Shown: positions 34,085-45,035, numbered from the stretch's first letter. The stretch is DNA of 64,000 nucleotides from Trueperaceae bacterium (GCA_965215565.1 CBDCDZ010000004.1:896001-960000); one strand, 5' to 3'. The notes: generated by a model not told the origin, from the letters alone. Numbers and translations are program-made.

Positions 34085-34556
34085 GATACGAGGTTGCACG
34101 GCTTAGTTTTGCAAACTAAGCCGTGCCTGTCACGGATGGGACGTAAACTCGGCCCAAGCCCGCTCTCAGGCAAAGCCTAGCGGGATCGCTAAAGCTGAGT
34201 CGCTGAAAAGCTCTAACGCCCTCAGTTGGGGTAAGTAAACTGTGCAATTCCGTATAACCTCGAGCCAAAGCCACCGGAGAATTTGAGGGGCTAGAAGAGG
34301 TTCAGTGAATAGTCAGCGGTTCCGTAGGGTGAAGCAGAGAGTCGCAGGTAACGCACTCCAACTAGCATTCCGTGATATATCGAAGCAGAATGCCATAGAT
34401 TTCAACTCGCGACGCCACTCCACGCCTTGCGAGATGCAGTGCGAGCATTTCTGACCCGTTCCGAATACCAGTGAGACCGACCTTAATACCTGTCAAACGT
34501 ACCTAATGGTCTGTATAGATTGATAATGTTCGTGACCGAAGGACATCTACTGTAAA

Positions 34557-34571
34557 TCGGAATCATTCCGA
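34557..34571. promoter_or_regulatory. 7-1-7 palindrome (Fur/PerR-type) upstream of dps
   Basis: TCGGAAT-C-ATTCCGA perfect palindrome. Confidence 0.55.
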
Positions 34572-34642
34572 ATTTGTAGCCTGTGCACTATTAAAAATCT
34601 GACACTTTGTTAGGATAAACATTGTTGAAAGGAAGGTAACAA

Positions 34643-35167
34643 ATGGCAGTTAAAACCGGACAGACCACCATGTTCAACACCCGCATCGACATCGATCAAG
34701 ACAAGCGCGAAGAGCTTGTTAGCTTAATCAACCAGCAGCTTGCCGACACCATCGACCTCTTCACCCAGACCAAGCAAGCGCACTGGAACGTCAAAGGGCT
34801 TGACTTCTTCCAAGTGCACGAACTCTTAGACGACCTTGCCAAAACCGTGCGTAAGCAGAGCGATACAATTGCCGAACGCGCCACCGCACTAGGCGGCGTC
34901 GCACTAGGCACGGCGCGGATGTCAGCAGAAAGCTCCACGCTCAGCGAGTACCCCGTTGACACGTTCGACGTGCCTGCTGTTCTAAATGCAGTAGCTGAGC
35001 GTTACGCCGCATACGCCGCTTCGACCCGCGCGGCCATCAAGTGCAGCGAAGAGTTGGACGAGCCGACCACAGCGGACATGTTCACGGAAGTCTCGAGAGA
35101 AATCGACGAAGCCTTGTATTTCTTAGAGTCTCACTTGCAAGGCAGCCAACCCACCCTAAACCAGTAA
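34643..35167 (+). CDS. dps: Dps DNA-protection/ferroxidase protein
   Basis: KQAHWNVKG, HELLD, DTIAERATALGG. Confidence 0.95.
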   Translation: MAVKTGQTTMFNTRIDIDQDKREELVSLINQQLADTIDLFTQTKQAHWNVKGLDFFQVHELLDDLAKTVRKQSDTIAERATALGGVALGTARMSAESSTLSEYPVDTFDVPAVLNAVAERYAAYAASTRAAIKCSEELDEPTTADMFTEVSREIDEALYFLESHLQGSQPTLNQ

Positions 35168-35182
35168 ATTAGTCAGAAATTT

Positions 35183-35217
35183 CAAGAGGTAGGCTGATAC
35201 CCTACCTCTTGTTTTTT
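35183..35217 (+). terminator. Intrinsic terminator after dps
   Basis: CAAGAGGTAGG-CTGATAC-CCTACCTCTTG-TTTTTT. Confidence 0.85.
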
Positions 35218-35283
35218 ATTTTTTGTTAATCTTGACCCAATGAGTAGACATTGACTTCAGCGCAGATGAGGTATACTTTTTCT

Positions 35284-35646
35284 GTGTTAAACGACAGCCC
35301 TCACCCCACCAACCAGATCGCTCTAGAGAACCGTACCCGCTACACCCTGCTCACCAACCGCAGGCGCACGCTCTTTGAAATTTACAAGCTCACCGAGCGC
35401 ATCGTGCAGCATCCCAACTGGGAAGAAGTTTCAGCGCAGTACTTCGAGTTAGAACTCCTCATCAGCGCTCAACTCGACTGCGCGGAAGGTATGTGTGGTG
35501 GTGTTTGTCACGCGAAGAACGATGTGTTGGAGAGGCGCGTTTGCGAAGCGTATAGGCAACTCAGCATGTTAGCGAAGGTGTGGGTAGCATTGGAAGATAG
35601 TAGAGATATGGGGGAAGTTCTGCGAGGACTCGAGACTGCCGACTAG
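35284..35646 (+). CDS. Hypothetical helical protein with a Cys/His cluster
   Basis: GTG 6 nt after TATACT; CAEGMCGGVCH; terminator at 35672-35704. Confidence 0.6.
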   Translation: MLNDSPHPTNQIALENRTRYTLLTNRRRTLFEIYKLTERIVQHPNWEEVSAQYFELELLISAQLDCAEGMCGGVCHAKNDVLERRVCEAYRQLSMLAKVWVALEDSRDMGEVLRGLETAD

Positions 35647-35821
35647 CCTACCTTAAAATGTTTATAAGGAATAGCGCAGCCATCTACGTGGCTGCGCTAC
35701 TTTTATTTGACAATTTTGCCACAGGAAAAATCAAGCTGTGTTGACACTGAACCTCGAGAAGACTAGCGCAAATGTCTACACAATGCAGATTCTACGTGTC
35801 TCATTTCAGCCTACCTGCTCC

Positions 35822-35863
35822 TTGCTTCCTACTTCTTGCTTCCTACTTCTTGCTTCTCACTTC
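35822..35863. repeat. Heptamer tandem repeat, six units
   Basis: TTGCTTC CTACTTC TTGCTTC CTACTTC TTGCTTC TCACTTC. Confidence 0.8.
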
Positions 35864-35874
35864 ACCAAGAAAAC

Positions 35875-36474
35875 TTAGAGCGCGTCCAAAAACTCCCTTT
35901 TAAGTTCGGTGTCCTCCTTGAACGCCCCACGCATCACGCTCACCCTGGTGCGTGCCCCTTGCTTCTGTACCCCGCGCATCATCATGCAGAGGTGACTCGC
36001 CTCAGACACGACGGCGATTCCTTCGGGCTCCAAAACCTCTTCGAGCGCGTCCGCGATTTGCGCCGTGAGCCGCTCTTGCACCTGCATCCGCCGCGCAAAC
36101 ATGTCGATGAGCCGCGCAAACTTGCTGAGCCCTAAGATGGTTCTGTTGGGAACGTAGGCGAGGTGAACCTGTCCGAAAAAGGGCAGCATGTGATGTTCGC
36201 AAAGTGAATAGAATTCAACCTCTTTAACGACAACCATCTCCGCGCCTTCCACTTTGAAAAGGGCACCGTTCACAACCGTATGAATATCGGTATCGTAGCC
36301 GCTCATGAGGTGCCGCAAGGAGCGTGCGACGCGCTTGGGGGTGCCGACGAGGCCTTCCCTCGAGACGTCCTCCCCCAACCCCGTAATAAGCTGCGTGATG
36401 AGCGAATTCAGGTTGGGTTCAGAAGCTAGCTCGAGAGCGTCAACGTCGGGCTTGGGAAGGGTGGGTTTGGTCAC
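35875..36474 (-). CDS. folE: GTP cyclohydrolase I
   Basis: [35 protein letters not shown]. Confidence 0.96.
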   Translation of the reverse strand: MTKPTLPKPDVDALELASEPNLNSLITQLITGLGEDVSREGLVGTPKRVARSLRHLMSGYDTDIHTVVNGALFKVEGAEMVVVKEVEFYSLCEHHMLPFFGQVHLAYVPNRTILGLSKFARLIDMFARRMQVQERLTAQIADALEEVLEPEGIAVVSEASHLCMMMRGVQKQGARTRVSVMRGAFKEDTELKREFLDAL

Positions 36475-36595
36475 TCGGTATCCTCACGTGAAGGGGACGA
36501 ACGGCGTCCTCAAAGGTCTAAGCCAGATTCTAACCGATTTTGCCGCGCCTTGAAGTTCTATCTCTTTATAGGACGCTCGAGCTACACTACCGAGC

Positions 36596-37780
36596 GTGAG
36601 ACTCGAGCAGCGAGACAGTTACCAACGAACCTTTTCAGGCGAAGTCACGCAGGTCATCCGCGAGGAAAACTGCGCGTGGGTTGTCCTCGACCGGTCCCTC
36701 TTTTACCCCACCTCGGGCGGACAACCTCACGACACGGGCACGCTGGGCGAAGGGCGTGTAGTCGACGTCGTGAAAGAGGGTGAAGAGGTCCGTCACCTCG
36801 TCCAAGGTCATTTCGAAGTCGGGCAGCGCGTTGACGGGGAGATCGATTGGAACCGCCGCTACCGCCACATGCAGCGCCACACGGGGCAGCACCTCTTGTC
36901 GCAAGCCTTTATTCGCGTTCATCCAACCTTTGAAACGAAATCGGTGAGTTTGACGAGTCCAGCCTGCACCCTTGACCTCGCGGGCGAGCCAGATGAGGTG
37001 GCGCAGTTGGAGGTTGAAACGCTCGTGAACGTGGTAGTCTATAAGAACCTCGAGGTTCACGCTTTCGAAGTGGACGAAGAAGAGGTCGAGGACTATCCCT
37101 TGCGCCGTCCTCCTAAAGTCCGAGGGCGCATCCGCATCGTGAAGATGGGCGACTGGGAGGTTTCCGCCTGCGGCGGCACGCACCTGCGCCGAACAGCGGA
37201 GGCGGGGCCGGTCAAGCTCCTCAGGTCCGAGCGGATTAAAGGTGGCTTGACGAGAGTCTACTTCGTGTGCGGCTTCGAAGCGTTGGAGGATTACGCCTCT
37301 AAACACACCGTAAGCCGCGACTTAGCGCTCACCTTTAGCACGCAAGTCGAAGCGGTTCCGGGGCGCGTCGCTGCGCTACAAGATGACCTCACAGCGGCGA
37401 AGCGAGAGGTGAACGCTTTACAAACCAAGTTCGCTGGAGCGCTGAGCGAAAGGCTTCTTGCCAATGCTCGAAGAGGTCAACGCGGGCGCATAGTCGAGTA
37501 TCAACTTCCTTCAGATGAAAACGCGCTGCTTAAACCTCTTGCAACGTTGCTCACCGAGCAAGAAGATGTCGTTGCGCTACTTGGCGCGGCGCAAAACGGA
37601 CGGGCGCAGCTCCTCTTCGCGAGAGGTAGCGCGCTCACGCTCGATATGGCGGACCTCATCCGGGAGGTTCTGCCCGTCGTGAATGGGCGTGGCGGCGGCA
37701 AACCCAAGTTCGCGCAGGGGAGCGGGAGCGAGCCCGAGAGGTTGGAAGAGGCGCTCGAGCACGCCGCCAACCTCCTTTAA
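36596..37780 (+). CDS. Alanyl-tRNA editing protein (AlaX-like) with C-terminal DHHA1 domain
   Basis: FYPTSGGQPHD, HTGQH, CGGTH, GRGGG..FAQG. Confidence 0.88.
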   Translation: MRLEQRDSYQRTFSGEVTQVIREENCAWVVLDRSLFYPTSGGQPHDTGTLGEGRVVDVVKEGEEVRHLVQGHFEVGQRVDGEIDWNRRYRHMQRHTGQHLLSQAFIRVHPTFETKSVSLTSPACTLDLAGEPDEVAQLEVETLVNVVVYKNLEVHAFEVDEEEVEDYPLRRPPKVRGRIRIVKMGDWEVSACGGTHLRRTAEAGPVKLLRSERIKGGLTRVYFVCGFEALEDYASKHTVSRDLALTFSTQVEAVPGRVAALQDDLTAAKREVNALQTKFAGALSERLLANARRGQRGRIVEYQLPSDENALLKPLATLLTEQEDVVALLGAAQNGRAQLLFARGSALTLDMADLIREVLPVVNGRGGGKPKFAQGSGSEPERLEEALEHAANLL

Positions 37781-38205
37781 GCTTCCGCTCCGCCTGCTCC
37801 GCTCGGAAAGTCGGTCATCGCGGTCTGCTTCACTACTTTTTCGGCGATGTAGAGCGGCGCGTCCACGCGCACCGCGAGCGCGAGCGCGTCCGAGGGGCGC
37901 GCGTCGATGTCGAACTCCACCCCGCGATTTTCGACGACGAGCCGCGCGTAAAAGGTACCTTCTGAAATATCGGTGACTTCGATGCGCACGACTTTGGCGT
38001 CCAACATCTCGAGCATCGACAACATCAAGTCATGTGACATCGGACGTGGAAACTCCCCGCCGCGACCCGCGACAATCGACATCGCCTCTAATGCGCCGAT
38101 CCAGATCGGCACGATGCTTCCCTCTTCGTCTTTGGCTTTTAAGAGCACGATAAATTGGCTGCCGTCACCGGCGACGGCTACATCCTCGAGAACAGCTTCG
38201 ATCAT
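37777..38205 (-). CDS. Bifunctional nuclease family protein (DUF151)
   Basis: PIWIG..EA, RPMSHDL, DARPSDALALA. Confidence 0.9.
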   Translation of the reverse strand: MIEAVLEDVAVAGDGSQFIVLLKAKDEEGSIVPIWIGALEAMSIVAGRGGEFPRPMSHDLMLSMLEMLDAKVVRIEVTDISEGTFYARLVVENRGVEFDIDARPSDALALAVRVDAPLYIAEKVVKQTAMTDFPSGAGGAEA

Positions 38206-38270
38206 AATGATAGTCTAACGCGCTTGAGCGCTTAGAAGAGTCAAATCAGCAAATACTTGTTTCTGTATGT

Positions 38271-38615
38271 TTATAAATCCAAAACGGCGCGTAAAGCCTC
38301 CTTAATAGAGATTAATTCTTCTTCGCTAAGCCGACCCATGCGTGGCTCGACAAAGCGAGCTTCGGCAACGACGCGAATCTGTGTCACCTTAGCCCAGCTC
38401 TCCCTATTATTTCCACCTGTCCCAGCAGGCAAATAAACCGTTAGTGGAAAACTCGCCTTGGGCTCTCGCGTCGTGAGCGGCACAACGATAGCCGTGCCTG
38501 CATTCCGCAACGTCTCGCGGTGAACGACAACACAAGGTCTGGCTTCGCCTTGCTGCTCGCGCCCCTCTACCGGATTTAACCTGACGCGGTACACGTCGCC
38601 CCTATGGAAAGTCAC
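38271..38615 (-). CDS. mazF: PemK/MazF family toxin
   Basis: RGDVY.V.L.P..G.EQ...RPCVVV, VVPLTT, QIR. Confidence 0.9.
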   Translation of the reverse strand: MTFHRGDVYRVRLNPVEGREQQGEARPCVVVHRETLRNAGTAIVVPLTTREPKASFPLTVYLPAGTGGNNRESWAKVTQIRVVAEARFVEPRMGRLSEEELISIKEALRAVLDL

Positions 38616-38863
38616 TCACGTACCAGCTTGGAGAAATCGTCCATCCCTTCCTCAGCTTCAGCAATCTCGGCGTCTCGGTTTAACTTGGCGACCTCTCTTT
38701 CGATGAGCGCGTCCATTTGGGCACGTAAAAGTCTGTCCGTAGCATTCTCGAAAGCGGCGGAACGGCTCTCGAAAAGTCCGTCTTTGACGAGGCGGTCAAC
38801 TTGAGCAACCATAGCTTCGGGAATCGTAACGCTTACTTTGGTACGTCGCTGTAAAGTTTTCAT
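38612..38863 (-). CDS. Ribbon-helix-helix antitoxin
   Basis: KVSVTIP...VD.LV..G.F.SRS; GTGA coupling to the toxin gene. Confidence 0.85.
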   Translation of the reverse strand: MKTLQRRTKVSVTIPEAMVAQVDRLVKDGLFESRSAAFENATDRLLRAQMDALIEREVAKLNRDAEIAEAEEGMDDFSKLVRE

Positions 38864-38956
38864 ACTATACATCTTACTAAATAAGCGATGATTTGTCAGC
38901 TATTTTTGTTAAGTCGCTTTAGCTCAGACAACCGTCAACCCTGCTAAACTACCCTC

Positions 38957-40381
38957 ATGTTCGAACCCGTCATCGGCTTAGAGATTCACCTCGCTTTGAG
39001 CACCAAAAGCAAGCTCTTCTGCGGCTGCGCCAACGATTCGGTCAACGCAGAGCCCAATACCCATACCTGCCCGGTCTGTTTGGGGCTACCCGGCAGCCTG
39101 CCGACGATCAACCGCGAAGCCGTCGAAAAGTCCATCATGTTCTCGCTCGCGCTCTCGTGTGAGGTGCCAGAAAACACGCAGTTTCACCGCAAGAATTACT
39201 ACTACCCCGACGCGCCTAAAAACTATCAGATCAGCCAGTACGACCGGCCGATCGGCTCACGCGGTCATGTGGACCTCCCCAGCGGCCGGCGCATCGGCGT
39301 CACGCGCTGTCACCTGGAGGAGGACGCGGGCAAGTCGGTCCACCCGGCGTACGCGGACTACAGCCTCGTGGACTTAAACCGAGCCGGGACACCCCTTATC
39401 GAGATGGTCACCGAGCCGGATTTGCGCGACCCGGAGGAGGCGCGGGACTTTCTAAACCACGTTCGCGCCGTCGCGCAGGCGCTAGGCGTCTCGGACGCCA
39501 ACCCCGAAGAGGGCAAGATGCGAGCCGACGTGAACGTCTCGGTGCGCCGTGCGGGTGAGGGGTTCGGCACCAAAGTCGAGGTCAAGAACCTCAACTCGTT
39601 TCGGAGTGTGCAGCGCTCTTTAGAGTTTGAAATCGCGCGGCAGAGCAGGCTTTTGGAGGACGGCGAGCGCGTGGTGCAGTCCACGAGAGGTTGGAACGAG
39701 GGCGGACAGAAAACGTACCTCATGCGCACCAAAGAGGGGGAGGCGGACTACCGCTACTTCCCCGAGCCCGACTTGCCGCCTATGTTCATCTCACAAGCTT
39801 GGCTGGGAGAGGTGCGCGGCAAAACACCCGAGTTGCCTGCAGCAAAGTTAGCGCGCTACCTCTCGCTGGGCGTGCGGGAGTACGACTCGAGGCTCATCGC
39901 TTTCGACGTGGCAGCGGCGCGGTTTTTCGACGCTTCCATAAAGCATTACGGCGGCGCACCGCAGACGCTCGCGAATTGGCTTAACGGCGATGTAGCGGGC
40001 TGGCTCAACGCGCAGGGCGTGAGCATCGGCGCTTCGGGTCTGACGCCTGAGCACCTCGTCTCGCTCGTTAAACTGATCGACGCGGGCACGGTTTCTGGCA
40101 AGACCGCCAAAGACATCTTGAGTGAAGTAATGGGGGGCGGCAACCCCGACGAGATCGTCGAGGCGAGAGGGCTGGAGCAGATGACCGACACGGGCGCAGT
40201 CGAGCAGATCGTAGACGAGGTCATCGCGGCAAATCCCAAGGTTGCCGAACAAGTCGCGGAGAATCCAAAGGCGATCAACGCGCTTTTGGGCAAGGTGATG
40301 AAGGAGACAAAAGGAAAAGCGAACCCGGAGACGGTGCGGAATCTGTTGAGCGAGAAGCTGGGGTTAGTAGAGCAAGCTTAA
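38957..40381 (+). CDS. gatB: Asp/Glu-tRNA amidotransferase subunit B
   Basis: VIGLEIH, RKNYYYPD, HLEEDAGK, EVKNLNSF, DYRYFPEPDLP. Confidence 0.97.
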   Translation: MFEPVIGLEIHLALSTKSKLFCGCANDSVNAEPNTHTCPVCLGLPGSLPTINREAVEKSIMFSLALSCEVPENTQFHRKNYYYPDAPKNYQISQYDRPIGSRGHVDLPSGRRIGVTRCHLEEDAGKSVHPAYADYSLVDLNRAGTPLIEMVTEPDLRDPEEARDFLNHVRAVAQALGVSDANPEEGKMRADVNVSVRRAGEGFGTKVEVKNLNSFRSVQRSLEFEIARQSRLLEDGERVVQSTRGWNEGGQKTYLMRTKEGEADYRYFPEPDLPPMFISQAWLGEVRGKTPELPAAKLARYLSLGVREYDSRLIAFDVAAARFFDASIKHYGGAPQTLANWLNGDVAGWLNAQGVSIGASGLTPEHLVSLVKLIDAGTVSGKTAKDILSEVMGGGNPDEIVEARGLEQMTDTGAVEQIVDEVIAANPKVAEQVAENPKAINALLGKVMKETKGKANPETVRNLLSEKLGLVEQA

Positions 40382-40383
40382 CT

Positions 40384-40494
40384 TAGCAGGTATCATCTGG
40401 TTTGAGACGCTCTCACTTTAAACAGCACGCTCTAGCACGCACTTTACGAGATAATATCTGCGGCACTTTGTCTCAGTATGTTGTGGAACTGCTA
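40384..40494 (-). mobile_element. Family A element, minimal copy filling the gap between convergent genes
   Basis: TAGCAGGTATCATCTGGT...GGAACTGCTA. Confidence 0.88.
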
Positions 40495-40496
40495 AC

Positions 40497-41015
40497 TCAC
40501 ACAAAAATATCCGCCACCTCCGGCAGATTGTGAAACCTATCTGCCAAATCCAGCAAACTCTGGCTCGCCGCCTCTCGAAACGCCAAGATTTCGACGCGCT
40601 TACCGCGGCGCTGAGCAAGCTCCAACATCGGCGCGAAGTCGCCGTCGCCGCTCGCTAAGGCGATCACATCCAGATGGTCCCAGGCTTGCACCATGTCAGC
40701 GGCGATGCCCATATCCCAGTCGCCCTCCAAGACGGGTCTGCCGCCATTGTCCCGGTGCACGCGCACGGTGCGGCGGCGCACGCGGTAGCCGAGCGCGGAG
40801 AGCTTCGTCACAAAGCCGTACGCGGTGGCTTCGCCTTCGCGCTCGACGACATATGCGGTCGCTTGACCTACACGCCGCGCCCGCGCCGCCGTGCTGAGGA
40901 GCTTTTCGTAATCTACATGGGCACTGTAGTAATCACGGGCTGCGTAATAGAGATTCTGCGTATCTACGAAGAGACCGACGCGCTGCTCGGTCCATTCACC
41001 AAGGTAGCTGCTCAC
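40497..41015 (-). CDS. NYN domain (LabA/DUF88) protein
   Basis: FVDTQN, DWD, SGDGDF, ADRF. Confidence 0.9.
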   Translation of the reverse strand: MSSYLGEWTEQRVGLFVDTQNLYYAARDYYSAHVDYEKLLSTAARARRVGQATAYVVEREGEATAYGFVTKLSALGYRVRRRTVRVHRDNGGRPVLEGDWDMGIAADMVQAWDHLDVIALASGDGDFAPMLELAQRRGKRVEILAFREAASQSLLDLADRFHNLPEVADIFV

Positions 41016-41085
41016 TAAAATGACCTCTTGAAAACGGTATTCAACGTCGTTCTAACTTTAGCTTGACAAGATGGACAAGGCACCT

Positions 41086-41610
41086 TTACAAAAACTTCGC
41101 CATCAGTAAATTATCTTCGTAGTGCCCAGCCTCGAGAATCTGCGCGCGCTCACACCCCTCTTGCTCGAAGCCTTGCGAGCGGTAGAGCGCGAGCGCGGCA
41201 CTGTTATTCGCGCGCACGTTGAGCTGAATCTTTTGAACATCGTTTTGCGCCGCCCAGCGGTAGGCGTTCTCTAAAAGTTTTGTCGCCACGCCGCACTGCC
41301 GCCACGCTTCGGCGACGGCGAGCGTAAGCATGGCGACGTGCCGCAGGCGTTTGGGAGTCAGGCGGTGCAGCTCGAGCCACGCGCACACCTCTCCTTTGGG
41401 GGGTAAAGCCACGAGGTAGAGCGTCATCTCATCGCCGAAAGCTCGGAGACGGCGCTCTAAAGCTTGCGCCGAGGGCGGACCGTCGCCCACAAACCAGCGC
41501 CCTTCAGCGTAGATTTCGGCTTGCAAGCTTATAAGTGCGTTAGCGTCACTCGGTCTCGCGTGGCGCACAGTAGGACGGCTCGTAGAGCGCTGGCTTGTCG
41601 CAGTAGACAT
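41086..41610 (-). CDS. GNAT family acetyltransferase
   Basis: V...WRQCGVA, N..A..LY...GF. Confidence 0.88.
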   Translation of the reverse strand: MSTATSQRSTSRPTVRHARPSDANALISLQAEIYAEGRWFVGDGPPSAQALERRLRAFGDEMTLYLVALPPKGEVCAWLELHRLTPKRLRHVAMLTLAVAEAWRQCGVATKLLENAYRWAAQNDVQKIQLNVRANNSAALALYRSQGFEQEGCERAQILEAGHYEDNLLMAKFL

Positions 41611-41750
41611 AGGCTCAATTATAAGGTGTGCAAGACGAAGCGTGAGGGATTTCGGGAACGTTTGGAAAGGAGCGTCTCAGCCTTTCAGCCTTTCAGCCGG
41701 TCAGTTAATCAGGAAAACTCTGACGTGCTGATTCGCTAAAGTGCGCTTAG

Positions 41751-41895
41751 TAGCAGTTCCGAAACATACTGAGACGGATGAGCGCAGATCTCAGTTCGAA
41801 GAACTAGCGGGATTTCATCTCAGAATGTGCGTGCTGCATGATGTTCTCAAGAGTGAGCGCGTTTCAAACCCGAAGCTATACGAAGTAACCTGCTA
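41751..41895 (+). mobile_element. Family A element upstream of metK
   Basis: TAGCAGTTCC...ACCTGCTA with a CTCAGTTCGAAGAACTAGCG insert shared with the 24581 copy. Confidence 0.85.
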
Positions 41896-42009
41896 GTGCT
41901 ATAAGATGTCAGCGAGAACCGAAAAGCCTCTCTGATCCCTCTTGCTATACTCCTCTAGCAAGCGCGTGAGCGCAACCTTTTTCGATTCTCACCTCTATGG
42001 AGACCTATA

Positions 42010-43185
42010 GTGTACCGACTCATCACCTCAGAATCTGTGACCGAAGGGCACCCCGACAAGCTCGCAGACCGCATCAGTGACAGCGTTTTAGATGCGATTT
42101 TGACGCTCGATCCGAGCGCCAGAGTCGCCGCCGAGACCATCCTCACGAAAGGACTCGCGCTCATCGCGGGCGAGATTAGCTGCAACGGCTACGTCGACTT
42201 GCAGCGCATCGTGCGTGACACGGTGCGTGAAGTCGGTTATACGGACAGCGCGTACGGCATCGACGCCGACCACTGCGCTGTTTTAGTCGCCATCACCGAG
42301 CAGTCGCCCGACATCGCCCAAGGGGTGAGCCGCGCCCGCGAAGCTCATTCGGGCGAGCAGTTCGACCAGATCGGAGCGGGCGATCAAGGACTTATGTTCG
42401 GTTACGCGACGGACGAAACCCCCGAGCTGATGCCGCTGCCCATCACACTCGCGCACGCGCTTACCAAGAGGCTCGCTGAGTGCCGTAAGGAAGAGGTCTT
42501 GCCCTACTTACGGCCCGACGGCAAAGCGCAGGTGACGGTGGCTTACGAAGGTGACACGCCCGTCAAAGTCACGGCTATTGTAGTGAGCGCGCAGCACGAC
42601 CCCGACGTGTCAGAAGAGAGGCTTAGGCGCGACATCGAGCGAGAGGTCATCCGCGTAGCGATTCCGGCTGAATATCTAGACGACAAAACCAAGTTTTATA
42701 TCAACCCGACGGGACGCTTCGTCATCGGCGGACCCGAAGGGGACGCGGGACTCACCGGGCGCAAGATCATCGTGGACACCTATGGCGGCGCTGCGCCGCA
42801 CGGCGGGGGCGCGTTCAGCGGCAAAGACCCGACGAAGGTGGATAGAAGCGCGTCTTACTACGCGCGCTACATGGCGAAAAATATCGTAGCAGCGGGCTTA
42901 GCGAAGCGGGCGCAGGTGCAACTCGCTTACGCGATTGGCGTAGCGCAGCCCGTAGGCGTCTACGTGGACACGTTTGGCACCTCGGCGTTAGCCGATGAGG
43001 TGTTGAGCGACGTGCTGACCAAGGTGTTCGACGCGAGACCCGCCGCGATCATCGCGCAGCTCGGCTTGCAGAAACCTATCTATAAAGAAACGAGCGCCTA
43101 TGGTCACTTCGGGCACGAGGATTTTCCTTGGGAGCGCACCGACAGAGCAGAGGCGCTCAGACGTGAGGTGCTCGAGCCAGCCTAA
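42010..43185 (+). CDS. metK: S-adenosylmethionine synthetase
   Basis: [26 protein letters not shown]. Confidence 0.97.
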   Translation: MYRLITSESVTEGHPDKLADRISDSVLDAILTLDPSARVAAETILTKGLALIAGEISCNGYVDLQRIVRDTVREVGYTDSAYGIDADHCAVLVAITEQSPDIAQGVSRAREAHSGEQFDQIGAGDQGLMFGYATDETPELMPLPITLAHALTKRLAECRKEEVLPYLRPDGKAQVTVAYEGDTPVKVTAIVVSAQHDPDVSEERLRRDIEREVIRVAIPAEYLDDKTKFYINPTGRFVIGGPEGDAGLTGRKIIVDTYGGAAPHGGGAFSGKDPTKVDRSASYYARYMAKNIVAAGLAKRAQVQLAYAIGVAQPVGVYVDTFGTSALADEVLSDVLTKVFDARPAAIIAQLGLQKPIYKETSAYGHFGHEDFPWERTDRAEALRREVLEPA

Positions 43186-45035
43186 GCCGCTTCGGTATAC
43201 CGTTTTAACCGCGCGTCGCTCAGTTTCGCGCCCGAGACGTTACCTTTGCTCGGTAAGGCGGGGAGGCAATCCCTCACCTTTGGCGCGTGTCGCACTTCAT
43301 ATACCCCGGCGGGGGCGTTAAGAAGCTCCAAAACCTCCCGTTCGATGAGCGGTTTGGAGAAGTAGTAACCCTGCGCGTAACGGCAGTGAAGCGTGTCTAA
43401 AATCGACACCTGTTCAGCGGACTCGACCCCCTCGGAGACCACGTCGAGGTCTAGGTTCTGCGCTAAATTTACGACGGTCCTGACGATTTCCAAGCTCTTC
43501 GCGTCGTGCTTCATCCGGTTGACGAACGACTGGTCAATCTTGATGGTGTCGAGCGGCAAGCTGTGGATGTAGGAGAGCGACGAATAGCCCGTGCCGAAGT
43601 CGTCCATCGCGATGCGCACGCCCAAGTCTCTAAGCTCGCCGAGCACCTTAATTGCGAGCGTCGGGTCTTCCATCACGGCGCTCTCGGTGACCTCGAGCTT
43701 GAGGTAGCGAGGTGCCAAGCCGGTGTCGCGCAAGATAGCGGCGACGCGCTTGACCAAGTCAGGCTGCATAAACTGCTTGCTCGACAAGTTGACGCTGATA
43801 GTGAGGGGCGGGTCCGCCCGTGTACGCTGCCACACACTCATCTGGGCGCACGCTTCGCTCAGCACCCACTCGCCGATCGCGCCAATAAGCCCTGTTTCTT
43901 CAGCGAGGGCGATAAATTCGACGGGCGAAACGAGCCCTCTGCGCGGGTGCTGCCAGCGCACGAGCGCTTCGAAGCCGCTCACTTCGCCATCCTCTAAGGA
44001 GACGATAGGTTGGTACATCAAGAAGAGTTCACCGCGCTCTAGCGCCGAGCGAAGCTCCATCTCGGTCTGCTGTCGCGCCGCGACGCGCTCGAACATCCGC
44101 TTGTCGAAGAGCGAATAGGGCTTTTTACGGCCCTTCGCGTGGTACATCGCGATGTCGGCGTCGCGCAGGATGTCGTCGGTGGAGGCGTAATGCGCAACGT
44201 CCATCACCACACCGATGCTCGTGCTGCTCACCACCTGATGCCCGTCTAAGTTAAAGGTCGTCGCGGTGTAGCGCCCGATGCGGTCTATAACTTGCATGAC
44301 ACTATTGGGTCCGTCTAGGTTCTCGAGTAAAATCACGAACTCGTCCCCGCCTAGACGCGCCACCGTATCCGCGCTGCGCACGCAAAGCTGCAAACGCTTG
44401 GCGAGTTCGGTAAGGAGCAAGTCACCCACCCGGTGCCCCAAACTGTCGTTGATGACCTTGAAGCGGTTAAGGTCCATGAAGAGCACGGCGAAGGTTTGGG
44501 TGGGGTCACGCTTATACTTCTCAAACGCGCCGCGCAGACGGTCCAAAAGCAAGGCTCGGTTGGGCAACCCTGTGAGCGCGTCGCACACCCCTTGCTGCGC
44601 GATGCTCGTCAAGGAGCCCGCGATGCGGTGCGCTTTGCCCGCTTCGTCACGCACGGCGAGCCCTCGGCTCATCATCCAGTGGTAGCGCCCGTCCTGATGT
44701 AACACGCGGTGCTCGCACTCGAATATAGGGATGTCGTCCGCTAAGTGTGCGCTGAGTTGCGCCCCGACACGTTCGCGGTCGAGTGGGTGAATACGTTCCA
44801 ACCAGTCGCTCGACGTGCCGCCGACGATAGGCTCCTCGAGACCTAACAGCGCCTGCCAGCGCGGTGAATAAAAGACCTCACCCGTCTGCAAGTTCCAGTC
44901 CCACAGCCCGTCGTTCATCGCGGCAGCGGCGAGGGCGTAACGCGCCTCGCTCTCCTGCAAGGCTCGTTCGGCCCGAGCGAGCGCTTCGCGCAGCACCTTG
45001 ACATCGGTTTGCGTTTGAAGGGGCGGAGTGCTCAT
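43182..45035 (-). CDS. PAS-GGDEF-EAL diguanylate cyclase/phosphodiesterase
   Basis: PAS (GLWDW, IHPLD), [23 protein letters not shown]. Confidence 0.93.
   Translation of the reverse strand: MSTPPLQTQTDVKVLREALARAERALQESEARYALAAAAMNDGLWDWNLQTGEVFYSPRWQALLGLEEPIVGGTSSDWLERIHPLDRERVGAQLSAHLADDIPIFECEHRVLHQDGRYHWMMSRGLAVRDEAGKAHRIAGSLTSIAQQGVCDALTGLPNRALLLDRLRGAFEKYKRDPTQTFAVLFMDLNRFKVINDSLGHRVGDLLLTELAKRLQLCVRSADTVARLGGDEFVILLENLDGPNSVMQVIDRIGRYTATTFNLDGHQVVSSTSIGVVMDVAHYASTDDILRDADIAMYHAKGRKKPYSLFDKRMFERVAARQQTEMELRSALERGELFLMYQPIVSLEDGEVSGFEALVRWQHPRRGLVSPVEFIALAEETGLIGAIGEWVLSEACAQMSVWQRTRADPPLTISVNLSSKQFMQPDLVKRVAAILRDTGLAPRYLKLEVTESAVMEDPTLAIKVLGELRDLGVRIAMDDFGTGYSSLSYIHSLPLDTIKIDQSFVNRMKHDAKSLEIVRTVVNLAQNLDLDVVSEGVESAEQVSILDTLHCRYAQGYYFSKPLIEREVLELLNAPAGVYEVRHAPKVRDCLPALPSKGNVSGAKLSDARLKRYTEAA

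Noticed and set aside
41896..42009. SAM riboswitch upstream of metK
   Set aside because: No S-box core motifs are present.
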